Below the pieces are notes generated by a model, which had not been told where the DNA came from, ran no database searches, and was given only the letters and a program-made list of their open reading frames with translations. The position numbers and the translations under genes were made by a program. Of a DNA stretch of 64,000 nucleotides, positions 28,748 to 38,250 are shown in pieces (the stretch's first letter is position 1; the number at the start of each line of letters is the position of its first letter). This stretch comes from an uncultured Bacillota bacterium. Lineage in GTDB: Bacteria; Bacillota_I; Bacilli_A; RFN20; CAG-826. The stretch is from contig CASEFL010000002.1 in assembly GCA_949287245.1 (NCBI GenBank), positions 14,350-78,349 on the forward strand, given 5' to 3'.

Positions 28748-30334
28748 GTGAAGAAAAGCACAAAAGCAAAAATTCTTGGGGTAATGGCCTTATTAACGGG
28801 AGGCGTACTTCTTTCAAGTTGTACCGCCTCATTTTGTACTGACCTTGATCGTGCAAATATGGCCTATCCTTATGACACAGGCGTAACGGTTTATGTCGAT
28901 AAAGAGGATGTTCCTACACAATATGAAAGTACAGCTTGGGCTGTATTTGAAGAAGAAGGGAACGACACTCTCTATGCCTATATTCCTGTCGATACTAATG
29001 GCAACTTTACCGCCAAAAACGCAACCTTAATCAATACTTTAATTAATTCTTTTGAAAAAGAAGGTCTTATAACACCAAGTTATGACTACTTTAAAGAAAT
29101 GGACCAACTTGTTTTAGAAGCGGCTGTTAATGCAGCGAATAAAAACCCTGCAACCTTAATTGCTGCTGATATTAATCCTTGGTCCGAACCGGATGTTCTA
29201 GGAACAGAAGAGGGAATAGTCGCCAATAACGATAGTATTTTGCGTAAATATGGCTATTTAAAGTTTTATGGGTATGACGAAAATAACAACGGTGTTCTTT
29301 GGAAAAATTATGATGCCTGGAACGAAGAGTTAGCTCTTAAGCTAGGAGCGGAAAATGTTCCTTCTTTCGATTGGATTAACACTTATAAAGGGCAAATTAA
29401 TAACTCCATAGCAACAAATATCTCTTGTATCACAACAAAAGGAGATACCAACAAAAACTTTGGCCATTTTGGACCAGAACAAAACTGGGAAGTTCCCATG
29501 GAAACAAAAGATTGGGGATATGCATGGAGTAAAGGTTTCCTTGAAGGATTGATTGTTTACCCTGTAGCATGGCTTCTTGATAATTTATCTTTCAGTTTTG
29601 AACCAGCATTAACAGGCTTTGGTCAAATTTGGGCGTTAATTGTTGTAACAATCATTGTCCGTCTTGTCGTTCTCGGATTGACTTTTAAATCCACAATGGA
29701 TCAACAAAAAATGCAAGCCTTACAACCACAATTGGCACGTATTCAAGCAAAATATCCAAATAGCGATACTAATCAGGCAGAAAAGATGCGATTAGGACAA
29801 GAACAATTAGCTTTATATAAACGAAACCACGTTTCGATGTGGTCGATGATTCTTGTTTTAATTGTCCAGTTCCCTGTCTTTATTGCGGTTTGGGGCGCTT
29901 TGCAAGGAAGTGCTGCTTTAGCAACAGGGGAATTCTTAAATCTTTCTCTATCAACCAAAGTTTCTACTGCTTTACTCGATTTTTCTGGTGAATGGTATTA
30001 CAACTCTAATGGTTGGTGGACAATGCTTATCATTTTCATTCTTATGGTCGCCTTACAAATTGTTTCTGTTTTATTGCCTCAATGGCTAAACAAAAGACGT
30101 CTTAAGAACATGACAAAAACAGGAACCAATCCTGCTGCAGATAAAAACGCAAAAATGATGAAATGGGTAAATATCATCATGCTTGCTTTTACTATTTTTA
30201 TCTCTTTTAGCTTACCTAGCGCAATGGCGGTTTATTGGGCCATTGGTTCTTTAATGAGTATTGCTCAAACACTCTTCACTCAGTTATATCTTTCAAAACA
30301 CTTTGTTAAGAAAATGCAGAAGAAAGGGAATTAA
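28748..30334 (+). CDS. yidC: Membrane protein insertase YidC with lipobox and large extracellular domain
   Basis: GTG start after GGAG; LLSSC lipobox; MQALQPQLARIQAKY, VQFPVFIA, AVYW. Confidence 0.95.
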   Translation: MKKSTKAKILGVMALLTGGVLLSSCTASFCTDLDRANMAYPYDTGVTVYVDKEDVPTQYESTAWAVFEEEGNDTLYAYIPVDTNGNFTAKNATLINTLINSFEKEGLITPSYDYFKEMDQLVLEAAVNAANKNPATLIAADINPWSEPDVLGTEEGIVANNDSILRKYGYLKFYGYDENNNGVLWKNYDAWNEELALKLGAENVPSFDWINTYKGQINNSIATNISCITTKGDTNKNFGHFGPEQNWEVPMETKDWGYAWSKGFLEGLIVYPVAWLLDNLSFSFEPALTGFGQIWALIVVTIIVRLVVLGLTFKSTMDQQKMQALQPQLARIQAKYPNSDTNQAEKMRLGQEQLALYKRNHVSMWSMILVLIVQFPVFIAVWGALQGSAALATGEFLNLSLSTKVSTALLDFSGEWYYNSNGWWTMLIIFILMVALQIVSVLLPQWLNKRRLKNMTKTGTNPAADKNAKMMKWVNIIMLAFTIFISFSLPSAMAVYWAIGSLMSIAQTLFTQLYLSKHFVKKMQKKGN

Positions 30335-30337
30335 TTT

Positions 30338-30937
30338 ATGAAACAATATACCGCAAAATCTTTAGAAAAAGCTTTAGAACAAGCCTCCGAAGAACTTGGT
30401 ATTCCTTCTGAAAAGATTGAATATACCCTTATTGAAGAGAAGAAAGGGCTGTTCTCAAAAAGCGTAACAATTGAAGTTTCCTTTGTAGAAGATGCTCTAG
30501 AGTATGCTAAAAATTATCTGAAAAACAGCATTGAGAGTTTAGGGGTTCCTTGTGAAATTGATGGGTATGTGGATGGCGATATTCTCCATATCACCATTAA
30601 TAGTGAACGAAATCCAATTTTAATTGGTACAAGTGGAAAAACACTTCAAGCGTTAAATGAATTAGTTCGCCTAGCAGTAAGTGCTCACTTCAAACATCGT
30701 CACCGTATCTTACTTGATGTAGGTGGCTATAAAGAGGAGCGTTATGAGAAGGTGGCCCGTCTTGCTCATCGCGAAGCAAGATCTGTACAAAGAACAAAAA
30801 CCTCTGCAAAACTCAATCCAATGACCCCTGACGAGAGAAGAATTGTGCACACGACACTAAAAGGAATGGCGCACATTGCTACTGAATCAGAGGGTGATGG
30901 AAATAATCGCGCAGTTGTCATTAAATATATTGACTAG
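30338..30937 (+). CDS. jag: Jag/KhpB (EloR) RNA-binding protein
   Basis: Jag_N (AKSLEKAL...KKGLF), KH (LIGTSGKTLQAL), R3H (ERRIVH..TESEG). Confidence 0.94.
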   Translation: MKQYTAKSLEKALEQASEELGIPSEKIEYTLIEEKKGLFSKSVTIEVSFVEDALEYAKNYLKNSIESLGVPCEIDGYVDGDILHITINSERNPILIGTSGKTLQALNELVRLAVSAHFKHRHRILLDVGGYKEERYEKVARLAHREARSVQRTKTSAKLNPMTPDERRIVHTTLKGMAHIATESEGDGNNRAVVIKYID

Positions 30938-30945
30938 ATAAATTT

Positions 30946-30968
30946 AGCGGAGCAAATGCTCCGCTTTT
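30946..30968 (+). terminator. Terminator after jag
   Basis: AGCGGAGCA-AA-TGCTCCGCT-TTT. Confidence 0.8.
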
Positions 30969-31021
30969 CTTGAGACGTTTCTGTTTAGTTTTTAAAATAA
31001 AAAAGAAAGGAGAAGAATAAT

Positions 31022-32119
31022 ATGAAAAAAATTAGCCATATTGGGTCAATGATTCTGAACCTTGTAATGTTTCTTGGCATCGCCGCTATAGCATTAAATA
31101 GTTTTTTTACTTGGTGGGCACCGCTTTCTTCTTCTTTGCCTTCCGGCGCTATGGCCTTTAGTGATTTTACTTTAGATTCTGCTCTTTTCTTTGCTGTTGC
31201 TGCAGTTATTACTTTTATTTATGACTGTTTGTGTTTACGGATTAAAGCAAAAGAAATTCCGCATTATGTCCGAACCTTAAAATTAATTGCTGTATCCACC
31301 TTAATGGCGTCATTTTTATTCTCGTTAATATATATTTATCCTGTTAGTGTTCGTGGACTACAAGCAATTTTTAATCCAGTTGATACTCTTTGGATTCGTT
31401 TTGTTTTACCTATTTTAGCCTTGATTAGTTTCTTAACTTTTGAACATGAAACAAAATTAGGATTGCTTGAGAGTTTGTTTGCCATTATCCCCTCTCTCGT
31501 TTATTTTGTGACTATTTTTTGTTTGGTATATGGGAATGTTATTGGCGATCCTTATCCAATTTTTAACGCAAAAGAAACGAATCATTATTTGCCGATTTTG
31601 TATGGATTAGTAATTACTTTTGGTGTTTTTCTTCTTGCTTTAATTATTATTCCTATTCATAACGTATTTGATGATTTATGGTGCCGCTCTATTACGGTTG
31701 CTACAGCAGAAGCTGACCAATTAAGCGTTGCTAAAAAACGTATTGAAGAAAAAGAAAACGAATCTATACAAAAAGAAGAAAGTGAAGAAATTAGTCCTCA
31801 AAAAGAAGAAACAACCGAAGAAGATGCGTTGGTAAGTTATGCACCAGAAGATTCTGAAGAGGAAGAAGAAGCAACAGAAAGAAAAGAGTTAGAAGAACAA
31901 ATTAAAAAAGGAAGTTATAACGGTCGCGCCCGGGTTTATCATATTAGTAAGCATAAAGATGGAATGCGGTGGCAAGTACGTCTTGCTACAGGTAAACGCG
32001 CGATTAAACTTTTTAGAACACAAAACGATGCAATTGTTTTTGCTAAAGAATTAGTCAAAAAGAATGGAGGAAGCATAAGAATCCATTCATTAAAAGGTAA
32101 GATGAGGAAGGAAAAATGA
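31022..32119 (+). CDS. Membrane protein (Pr6Pr/AIG1-like) fused via an acidic linker to a DUF2188-like domain
   Basis: About 6 TMs with FT.DS and PYPIF motifs; E-rich linker; C-terminal YHISKH..WQVR..TQNDAI..IRIH..GK. Confidence 0.7.
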   Translation: MKKISHIGSMILNLVMFLGIAAIALNSFFTWWAPLSSSLPSGAMAFSDFTLDSALFFAVAAVITFIYDCLCLRIKAKEIPHYVRTLKLIAVSTLMASFLFSLIYIYPVSVRGLQAIFNPVDTLWIRFVLPILALISFLTFEHETKLGLLESLFAIIPSLVYFVTIFCLVYGNVIGDPYPIFNAKETNHYLPILYGLVITFGVFLLALIIIPIHNVFDDLWCRSITVATAEADQLSVAKKRIEEKENESIQKEESEEISPQKEETTEEDALVSYAPEDSEEEEEATERKELEEQIKKGSYNGRARVYHISKHKDGMRWQVRLATGKRAIKLFRTQNDAIVFAKELVKKNGGSIRIHSLKGKMRKEK

Positions 32120-33441
32120 GAAATTTTGATGACGTTATTGTCTCATTTGCTACTCCTCCAATTCGTAGTGCTTTATTAATTACTCGTGTTGCAGGACCGA
32201 AAGCGTTTTTCTATACAAATTGTTTGTTTTCCAAAAAAATAGATGGGATTTGCAAGAGAACCTCTTATGTTGGAACAATTTCTCAAAAAGATAAAACACC
32301 TATCGATCAAGTTGTTCTTTTAGCTTATCCCAAAGATAACTCTCCTTTAGGTGAGGATGTAGTGGAGATTATTGCACATGGCTCCCCCATAATCGGGAAA
32401 GAGATTATAGAAGCCTATATTAGTTTAGGAGCACGGCAGGCGGAACGCGGAGAGTTTTCTTTAAGAGCGTATATTAATGGCAAAATAGATCTTGTTGAAG
32501 CAGAAGCAATTAATGACATGATTAATGCCAAAACAAAAGAAAGTCAGCAAAAAGCTTTTTTATCTTTAAAAGGGGAAACCTCAAAACTAATTAATCCGAT
32601 TTTAGAAGAAATTTCCTCTCTTGTTGCTGAATGTGAAGTAAATATTGACTTTCCTGAGTACGAAGAAGAGGAAAAAGATTTTTCTAATAAAGAAGAAAAA
32701 ATCCAATCCTTATTACATAGAATCAACGATTTGTTAGAAGGTGGGAAAAAAGGAAAACTTTATCAAGAAGGAGTTACGGTTGCTTTAATTGGTAAGCCAA
32801 ATGTTGGTAAGTCTTCCTTACTTAACGCTATTTTAGGGGAAGAAAAAGCTATCGTTACCGATATCCCTGGAACAACGCGTGACGTAATTGAAGGACAATT
32901 TTCATATAAAGGAGTTCCTTTTCGTTTTTTAGATACGGCAGGAATTCGTAAGAGCAATGATAAAATCGAAGAAATTGGTGTTTCCCTTTCTCTTAAGGCT
33001 TTAGAAAAAGCTGATATTGTTGTGGAAGTAGTTGACGCAAGCAACCCAAGTTCATTGCCCTCAACAATTTCCTCTACGAAACCTCTAATTACCGTTTATA
33101 ACAAAGAGGATCTTGTTACCACAAAGAAGAATAACGAATTATACATTTCTGCAAAAAACGGAAAAATTAATGAACTTTTAGAGGAAATTTACCAAAAACT
33201 TGGGTTTAGCGATGCAGATTGCCTGTCGCCATCTTTCTCTTCTGAACGCCAATTATCTCTTTTATATCAAGTAAAAGAGGCATTAAAAGAAGCGGAGAAT
33301 TGTTTACAAAACAATCTTCCTTTGTCGTTATTTTCTTCTGCACTTCTCCAAGCTTATAACCTATGTAAGGAAATATTAGGAAAAGAAGCGACTCGTGATA
33401 TTGAAGATGAAGTGTTTTCGCGTTTTTGCGTAGGAAAATAA
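32116..33441 (+). CDS. mnmE: tRNA modification GTPase MnmE
   Basis: GEDVVEI..HG, GKPNVGKSSLLN, IPGTTRD, DTAG, C-terminal FCVGK. Confidence 0.97.
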   Translation: MRNFDDVIVSFATPPIRSALLITRVAGPKAFFYTNCLFSKKIDGICKRTSYVGTISQKDKTPIDQVVLLAYPKDNSPLGEDVVEIIAHGSPIIGKEIIEAYISLGARQAERGEFSLRAYINGKIDLVEAEAINDMINAKTKESQQKAFLSLKGETSKLINPILEEISSLVAECEVNIDFPEYEEEEKDFSNKEEKIQSLLHRINDLLEGGKKGKLYQEGVTVALIGKPNVGKSSLLNAILGEEKAIVTDIPGTTRDVIEGQFSYKGVPFRFLDTAGIRKSNDKIEEIGVSLSLKALEKADIVVEVVDASNPSSLPSTISSTKPLITVYNKEDLVTTKKNNELYISAKNGKINELLEEIYQKLGFSDADCLSPSFSSERQLSLLYQVKEALKEAENCLQNNLPLSLFSSALLQAYNLCKEILGKEATRDIEDEVFSRFCVGK

Positions 33442-33446
33442 AAAAT

Positions 33447-34229
33447 ATGATTTTTGTTGATACTCACACTCATTTAAATGATAAAGAACTTTATGCTTTA
33501 TTGCCGAAGGTTATTCAAGACGCAAGAAATGTTGGAGTAAAGTTCTTTTTAACGGCAAGTTATGATAAAGCGAGCAATTATCGTGCGTTAGAGATAGCAA
33601 ACAAAGAAGAAAATTGCTTTGCTGCTTTAGGCCTTCATCCCGAAAATTTAGATGAAATTAATGATAAAGATTGGGAAGAAATAAAAAAACTAGCCCATCA
33701 AACACACCCTTTAGCAATCGGGGAGACTGGGTTAGATTACCATTACACAAAAGAAGAAGAAAACAAAATAAAACAAAAAGATTTTTTTATTCGTCATATC
33801 GATTTAGCAAACGAATTACAACTCCCTTTAACTATTCATTCTCGTGATGCTGCAGAAGATACTTATGCTATTTTATCTACCCATCCCCCTCGTTTTGGAG
33901 CTATTCTCCATTGCTACTCTTATAGCGTGGAAATGATGAAAAAATTTCTATTTTTACCGAACATTTATTTTGGTTTTGGTGGAACGTTAACATTTAAAAA
34001 TTCGCGCATCGTCAAAGAAGTTTTGCTTTCTTGCCCGCTTGAACGGGTAGTTACAGAAACAGACGCTCCTTATTTAAGCCCAGAGCCTTTTCGAGGAAAA
34101 ATGAATGAGCCAAAAAATGTTGTGCTTATTGCACAAAAAGTGGCTGAACTTCGTAATGAATCTTTAGAAACAGTTTCCAATATAATTGCTTCAAATACCG
34201 AAAAAATATTTCACGTGAAACTATTATGA
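33447..34229 (+). CDS. tatD: TatD family DNase
   Basis: DTHTHL, GLHP, IGETGLDY, IHSRDA, HCYS, ETDAPYL. Confidence 0.95.
   Translation: MIFVDTHTHLNDKELYALLPKVIQDARNVGVKFFLTASYDKASNYRALEIANKEENCFAALGLHPENLDEINDKDWEEIKKLAHQTHPLAIGETGLDYHYTKEEENKIKQKDFFIRHIDLANELQLPLTIHSRDAAEDTYAILSTHPPRFGAILHCYSYSVEMMKKFLFLPNIYFGFGGTLTFKNSRIVKEVLLSCPLERVVTETDAPYLSPEPFRGKMNEPKNVVLIAQKVAELRNESLETVSNIIASNTEKIFHVKLL
34207..34222. promoter_or_regulatory. parS-like centromere site
   Basis: TATTTCACGTGAAACT, 14/16 match to parS consensus TGTTTCACGTGAAACA. Confidence 0.7.
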
Positions 34230-34762
34230 AAGACTTAAAACCAGTTATTATTGTTGAAGGAAAGTCAGATGTGCAATTTCTTGAGAGTTTTTTAGATTTT
34301 CATTTTGTTTCTGTTAATGGTTCTGCTATTTCACGTGAAACAATTGAATATATTAAAGAACTTGGAAAAACACATCAATTAATTGTTTTGACCGATCCAG
34401 ATGCTCCTGGTATGCGCATTAGAAAAATGCTAAACGAACAAATTCCGAACCTATATCACGCCTATCTTCCAAAGGATAAATGTATGGCGCGCGGTAAGGT
34501 TGGTGTGGCAGAAAGTGATAAAGAGACGGTACAAGAAAGTTTAAAGCATTTAGTGCCGAATTCTTCTTGCTCTTCCACATCCAAATTAACAATAGATTGT
34601 CTTTATGAACTACATTTAATAGGCCACAAAGATTCTCAAAAATTAAGAGATCATATTTCTCGAAAACTTCATTTAGGGAAAACGAACGGAAAATCATTTT
34701 TAAAACGCTGCCATAATTTAAACTTAGAAAAGGAAGATTTAGAAAGAGCGCTCTATGAATGA
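34226..34762 (+). CDS. rnmV: Ribonuclease M5
   Basis: IIVEGKSD, LTDPDAPG..IR TOPRIM; VGVAE; tatD-rnmV-ksgA synteny. Confidence 0.92.
   Translation: MKDLKPVIIVEGKSDVQFLESFLDFHFVSVNGSAISRETIEYIKELGKTHQLIVLTDPDAPGMRIRKMLNEQIPNLYHAYLPKDKCMARGKVGVAESDKETVQESLKHLVPNSSCSSTSKLTIDCLYELHLIGHKDSQKLRDHISRKLHLGKTNGKSFLKRCHNLNLEKEDLERALYE
34327..34342. promoter_or_regulatory. parS-like centromere site
   Basis: TATTTCACGTGAAACA, 15/16 match to parS consensus. Confidence 0.78.
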
Positions 34763-35558
34763 AACAGAATATTTTGAAACAATTAAAACATACCGACTTT
34801 TTGCTAAAAAAGAAGTTGGTCAAAATTTTTTAATTTCACCAAAAATATCAAAAGAGATTGTTGGTTTTTTACGATGCGAATCAGAGGATAATGTTTTAGA
34901 AATTGGACCCGGCGCTGGATCTCTTTCTTTTTATCTTGCTTTAGAAAATGTAAGCGCAACTCTCATGGATATTGATGAAGCTTTGATCATCAAATTAAGA
35001 AATGATTTTAAAGATTACCCAAAGATAAAACCTGTTGTTTTTAATGCTTTAAAGGCGGATTTGCAGGGATTTTCAAAAATTTTGGGTAATCTTCCCTATT
35101 ACATTACAAATCATTTATTAGAGAAAATCTTTCTTGAAGCAGAAGATGCTAGTTTAGGGGTCTTTATGGTTCAAAAAGAGGCTTTTGAACGCATTACTTC
35201 TCCGCAAAAAAGTAAAAATTATTGTCCTTTAGGAATTTTGCTTTCTTTATTAGGCAAAACAGAAAAACTTCTTACTGTGTCTCCGTCTATGTTTACCCCA
35301 ACTCCCCATGTTGATAGTGTTGTCTTTCGTGTTGAGTTTCATCGAAAGAAAGATTTTTCTTATAAGAATTTTTATTTATTTTTGAAAGAAATGTTTCTTT
35401 CCCGAAGGAAGACTCTTTTCTTTAACTTTTCTAATTATGTGAAAGACTCTTCTTTAGCAAAAAATATATGGTCTAAATTAAGTTTTTCTTCATTCCTACG
35501 TCCGGAAGAAACCTCTTTAGAACAATTTCTTCTTCTTTATCACTTACTCAAGGATTGA
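34755..35558 (+). CDS. rsmA: 16S rRNA adenine dimethyltransferase RsmA/KsgA
   Basis: GQNFL, VLEIGPGAG, NLPYYIT, MVQKE, RRKTL. Confidence 0.96.
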   Translation: MNETEYFETIKTYRLFAKKEVGQNFLISPKISKEIVGFLRCESEDNVLEIGPGAGSLSFYLALENVSATLMDIDEALIIKLRNDFKDYPKIKPVVFNALKADLQGFSKILGNLPYYITNHLLEKIFLEAEDASLGVFMVQKEAFERITSPQKSKNYCPLGILLSLLGKTEKLLTVSPSMFTPTPHVDSVVFRVEFHRKKDFSYKNFYLFLKEMFLSRRKTLFFNFSNYVKDSSLAKNIWSKLSFSSFLRPEETSLEQFLLLYHLLKD

Positions 35559-35605
35559 GGTAACTAAGAAGTGCGCTACAATCCATATATAGAGGAGATA
35601 CGAAC

Positions 35606-36448
35606 ATGGAAATGCATCCCATTGCCAAAATCAACGTCGCTCTAAAAATTACTGGTTTGCGTGATGATGGGTATCATCTTATAAAAACAGTAATTTTACC
35701 TTTGGCGATATGCGATACTTTATCAATTGAAATTATCGATGGCGACGAGGACATTTTAGAAGTCAATGACCTTTCCTTAGGAAATGTATCCACAAACCTT
35801 GTTACAAGAGCACTTCGTCTATTTTGTAAGGAATTCGGGTTATCAACGCACTTTAAAGTACGTTTAGAGAAAAGAATTCCTGTTGAAGCAGGATTGGGTG
35901 GCGGTTCATCTGATGCTGCATGTGCATTAAAAATGGCTAGTATTTTATGCAATGTCGATGATCCTCATCGGTTACATTCTTTAGCTTTACGTCTTGGCGC
36001 GGATGTTCCCTACTTTTTTAATGCTAGGCCCTCTCTTGTTGAAGGAATTGGTGAAAAACAACAGATTCTTTCAGGCATTCCTTCTTATTCTGTTCTTCTT
36101 GCTAAGCCAGCAAAAGGGCTTTCCACAAAAGAAGTTTATCAAGCCTCTAATTATTTCTTGCGGAAGAATATACAAATACCAAAGGTGATTGAAGCATTAA
36201 AAAATAGTGACATTTCCTTATTAAATGAGTGTTGTGGTAACGATTTGGAAGAGCCGGCAATTAGTCTTTTACCAGAAGTAAAAACTTTAATTAATATTAT
36301 GAAGGGTTTGGGGTTTACTTATGTACAAATGACCGGTTCTGGGACATCTGTTTTTGCTATTGATGAAGATAAAGAACGCTTAGAAGCGGGAAGAAAGAAA
36401 TTACGTGAGGACGGCTATATGGCATTTCTTACTTCTACACTAGAATAG
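35606..36448 (+). CDS. ispE: 4-(cytidine 5'-diphospho)-2-C-methyl-D-erythritol kinase
   Basis: AKIN..L, DGYH, KRIPVEAGLGGGSSDAA, GADVP, MTGSG. Confidence 0.96.
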   Translation: MEMHPIAKINVALKITGLRDDGYHLIKTVILPLAICDTLSIEIIDGDEDILEVNDLSLGNVSTNLVTRALRLFCKEFGLSTHFKVRLEKRIPVEAGLGGGSSDAACALKMASILCNVDDPHRLHSLALRLGADVPYFFNARPSLVEGIGEKQQILSGIPSYSVLLAKPAKGLSTKEVYQASNYFLRKNIQIPKVIEALKNSDISLLNECCGNDLEEPAISLLPEVKTLINIMKGLGFTYVQMTGSGTSVFAIDEDKERLEAGRKKLREDGYMAFLTSTLE

Positions 36449-36459
36449 AAAGGGTTTTT

Positions 36460-37842
36460 ATGAAGAAATATGCAATTATTTTAGCGGCAGGGAAAGGCTC
36501 AAGAATGAAGAGCCGCCGTGAAGATATTAGTAAAGTATCTTTCCCTCTTTTAGGAAGGCCATTGGTTAAATGGATAATTGAAGCTTTAAAGCCCTTAAAT
36601 CCTGAAAAATTAATCGCCATTATCGGTTTTGGCGGGGCAACTTCCGAACCGATCGTTAAAGAAGATTGTGAAGTTGTTTGGCAAAAAGAGCAAAAAGGTG
36701 CAGGACATGCCGTAATGCAAGTTGCCCCTCTTTTAGAAGGAAAAGAAGGAGAAACTATTATTTGTTGTGGTGACACGCCATTAATTACGACAGAACTTTA
36801 TGAAAATTTATTCAAAAAGCATGAAGAGGCTAACAATTCTTTAACCATTATGACTTCAATTTTAAAAGAGCCTCATGGATACGGAAGAATCGTGCGCAAC
36901 CAAGAAGGAAATATTATTAAAATTACTGAACAAAAAGATTGTGATGATGTTGCTGAGGCGATTAAGGAAGTTAATGCTGGCGTTTATGTTTTTGATAATA
37001 AAGAACTATTCGAAGCGCTTCATCATATCAACACAAATAACGCTGCAGGGGAATATTATTTAACTGATGTTATCGAGATTTTTGCAAAAAAAGGACTTAA
37101 GGTCGGCTCTTTTGATGTAGAAGATATTAACGATACAATGGGAGTGAACGATCGTTATCAGTTATCTGTTGCAGAAAAATATCTAAAAGCAAGAATTAAT
37201 AAAGAACACATGTTAAATGGTGTTACTATCGAAGATTCTGACTCAGTTTTTATTGGTCCAGATGTCAAAATTGGCCCTGATACTATCATTAAACCTGGCT
37301 GTTATTTAATTGGAAAAACAGTAATTGGTGAAGGGAATATTATTGGACCTAACACATATATTGAAGATTCTGTAATTGGTCACGAGAATTCCATCATAAT
37401 TTCCCATTTAACAAACATTGTTATGGGAAACAACAATAAAATAGGCCCTTTTTTCCGTGCAAGAGAAGGCGCGGTTATTGGAGATAACACATCACTTGGT
37501 AATTACGTTGAAGTAAAGAAAAGTGTCCTTAGTAACGGCGTAAAAGCACACCATCTTACATATTTAGGGAATGCGCAAATTGGTGAAAATACCAATATTG
37601 GGTGTGGTGTCATAACAGCAAACTATGACGGAAAAAACAAAAACAATACAAATATTGGAAAAAATGTATTTATCGGTTGCGACTCAACGTTGATAGCTCC
37701 TATTAGCGTCGGTGATAATGCTTTAATTGCCGCGGGATCCACAATCACAAAAGATGTTCCTGATAATGCTGCCGCTTTTGCTCGTGCGCGACAAGAAAAT
37801 AAAGAAGACGATGCATTACGAATTCTAAATAAGAAAAAGTAA
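36460..37842 (+). CDS. glmU: Bifunctional UDP-GlcNAc pyrophosphorylase/acetyltransferase GlmU
   Basis: ILAAGKGSRMKS, GYGRIVR, EYYLTD, hexapeptide repeats, NYDG. Confidence 0.97.
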   Translation: MKKYAIILAAGKGSRMKSRREDISKVSFPLLGRPLVKWIIEALKPLNPEKLIAIIGFGGATSEPIVKEDCEVVWQKEQKGAGHAVMQVAPLLEGKEGETIICCGDTPLITTELYENLFKKHEEANNSLTIMTSILKEPHGYGRIVRNQEGNIIKITEQKDCDDVAEAIKEVNAGVYVFDNKELFEALHHINTNNAAGEYYLTDVIEIFAKKGLKVGSFDVEDINDTMGVNDRYQLSVAEKYLKARINKEHMLNGVTIEDSDSVFIGPDVKIGPDTIIKPGCYLIGKTVIGEGNIIGPNTYIEDSVIGHENSIIISHLTNIVMGNNNKIGPFFRAREGAVIGDNTSLGNYVEVKKSVLSNGVKAHHLTYLGNAQIGENTNIGCGVITANYDGKNKNNTNIGKNVFIGCDSTLIAPISVGDNALIAAGSTITKDVPDNAAAFARARQENKEDDALRILNKKK

Positions 37843-37846
37843 TTTG

Positions 37847-37965
37847 CGTTACAAAATTACATAATGTAACGTATTATGCGTTACATTTTTTATTTATATA
37901 ATTATTAATTTTTCCTAGTAAAAAACATTATTTTTATTGATATGTAACGTAAATAGCGTTACATT
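37847..37965 (+). promoter_or_regulatory. Promoter with two palindromic operators and a half-site upstream of relB-like gene
   Basis: ATGTAACG-N7-CGTTACAT at 37864-37886 and 37942-37964, half-site CGTTACA at 37847; the second copy lies across TTGATA-17-TACATT (37937-37965). Confidence 0.82.
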
Positions 37966-37971
37966 AATCTT

Positions 37972-38250
37972 ATGAGTAAAACAACATTAAATTTACGGGT
38001 TGATGAGGACCTTAAAAAAGAAGCAGAAAAGGTTATAAAAAGACTAGGTTTATCAACAACAGCCTGCGTTACATTATTTTTAAAAGCTTTGGTAAGGGAA
38101 AAGAAAATTCCCTTTTCGATTTCTTCGGAGTCAAAACGCACCACAGCTATAACAAAGGAACGTACGGTTAAAACTCCGTCTAGTATCACAAAAGATGAAG
38201 AATCGAAGAAAGAAAAGCTAAGTTTAGCCAAAGCGATTGAATTGTTATGA
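37972..38250 (+). CDS. RelB/DinJ-family ribbon-helix-helix antitoxin-like protein
   Basis: TTLNLRVDEDLKKEAEKVIKRLGLS..ACVTLFLK..VREKKIPF. Confidence 0.88.
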   Translation: MSKTTLNLRVDEDLKKEAEKVIKRLGLSTTACVTLFLKALVREKKIPFSISSESKRTTAITKERTVKTPSSITKDEESKKEKLSLAKAIELL

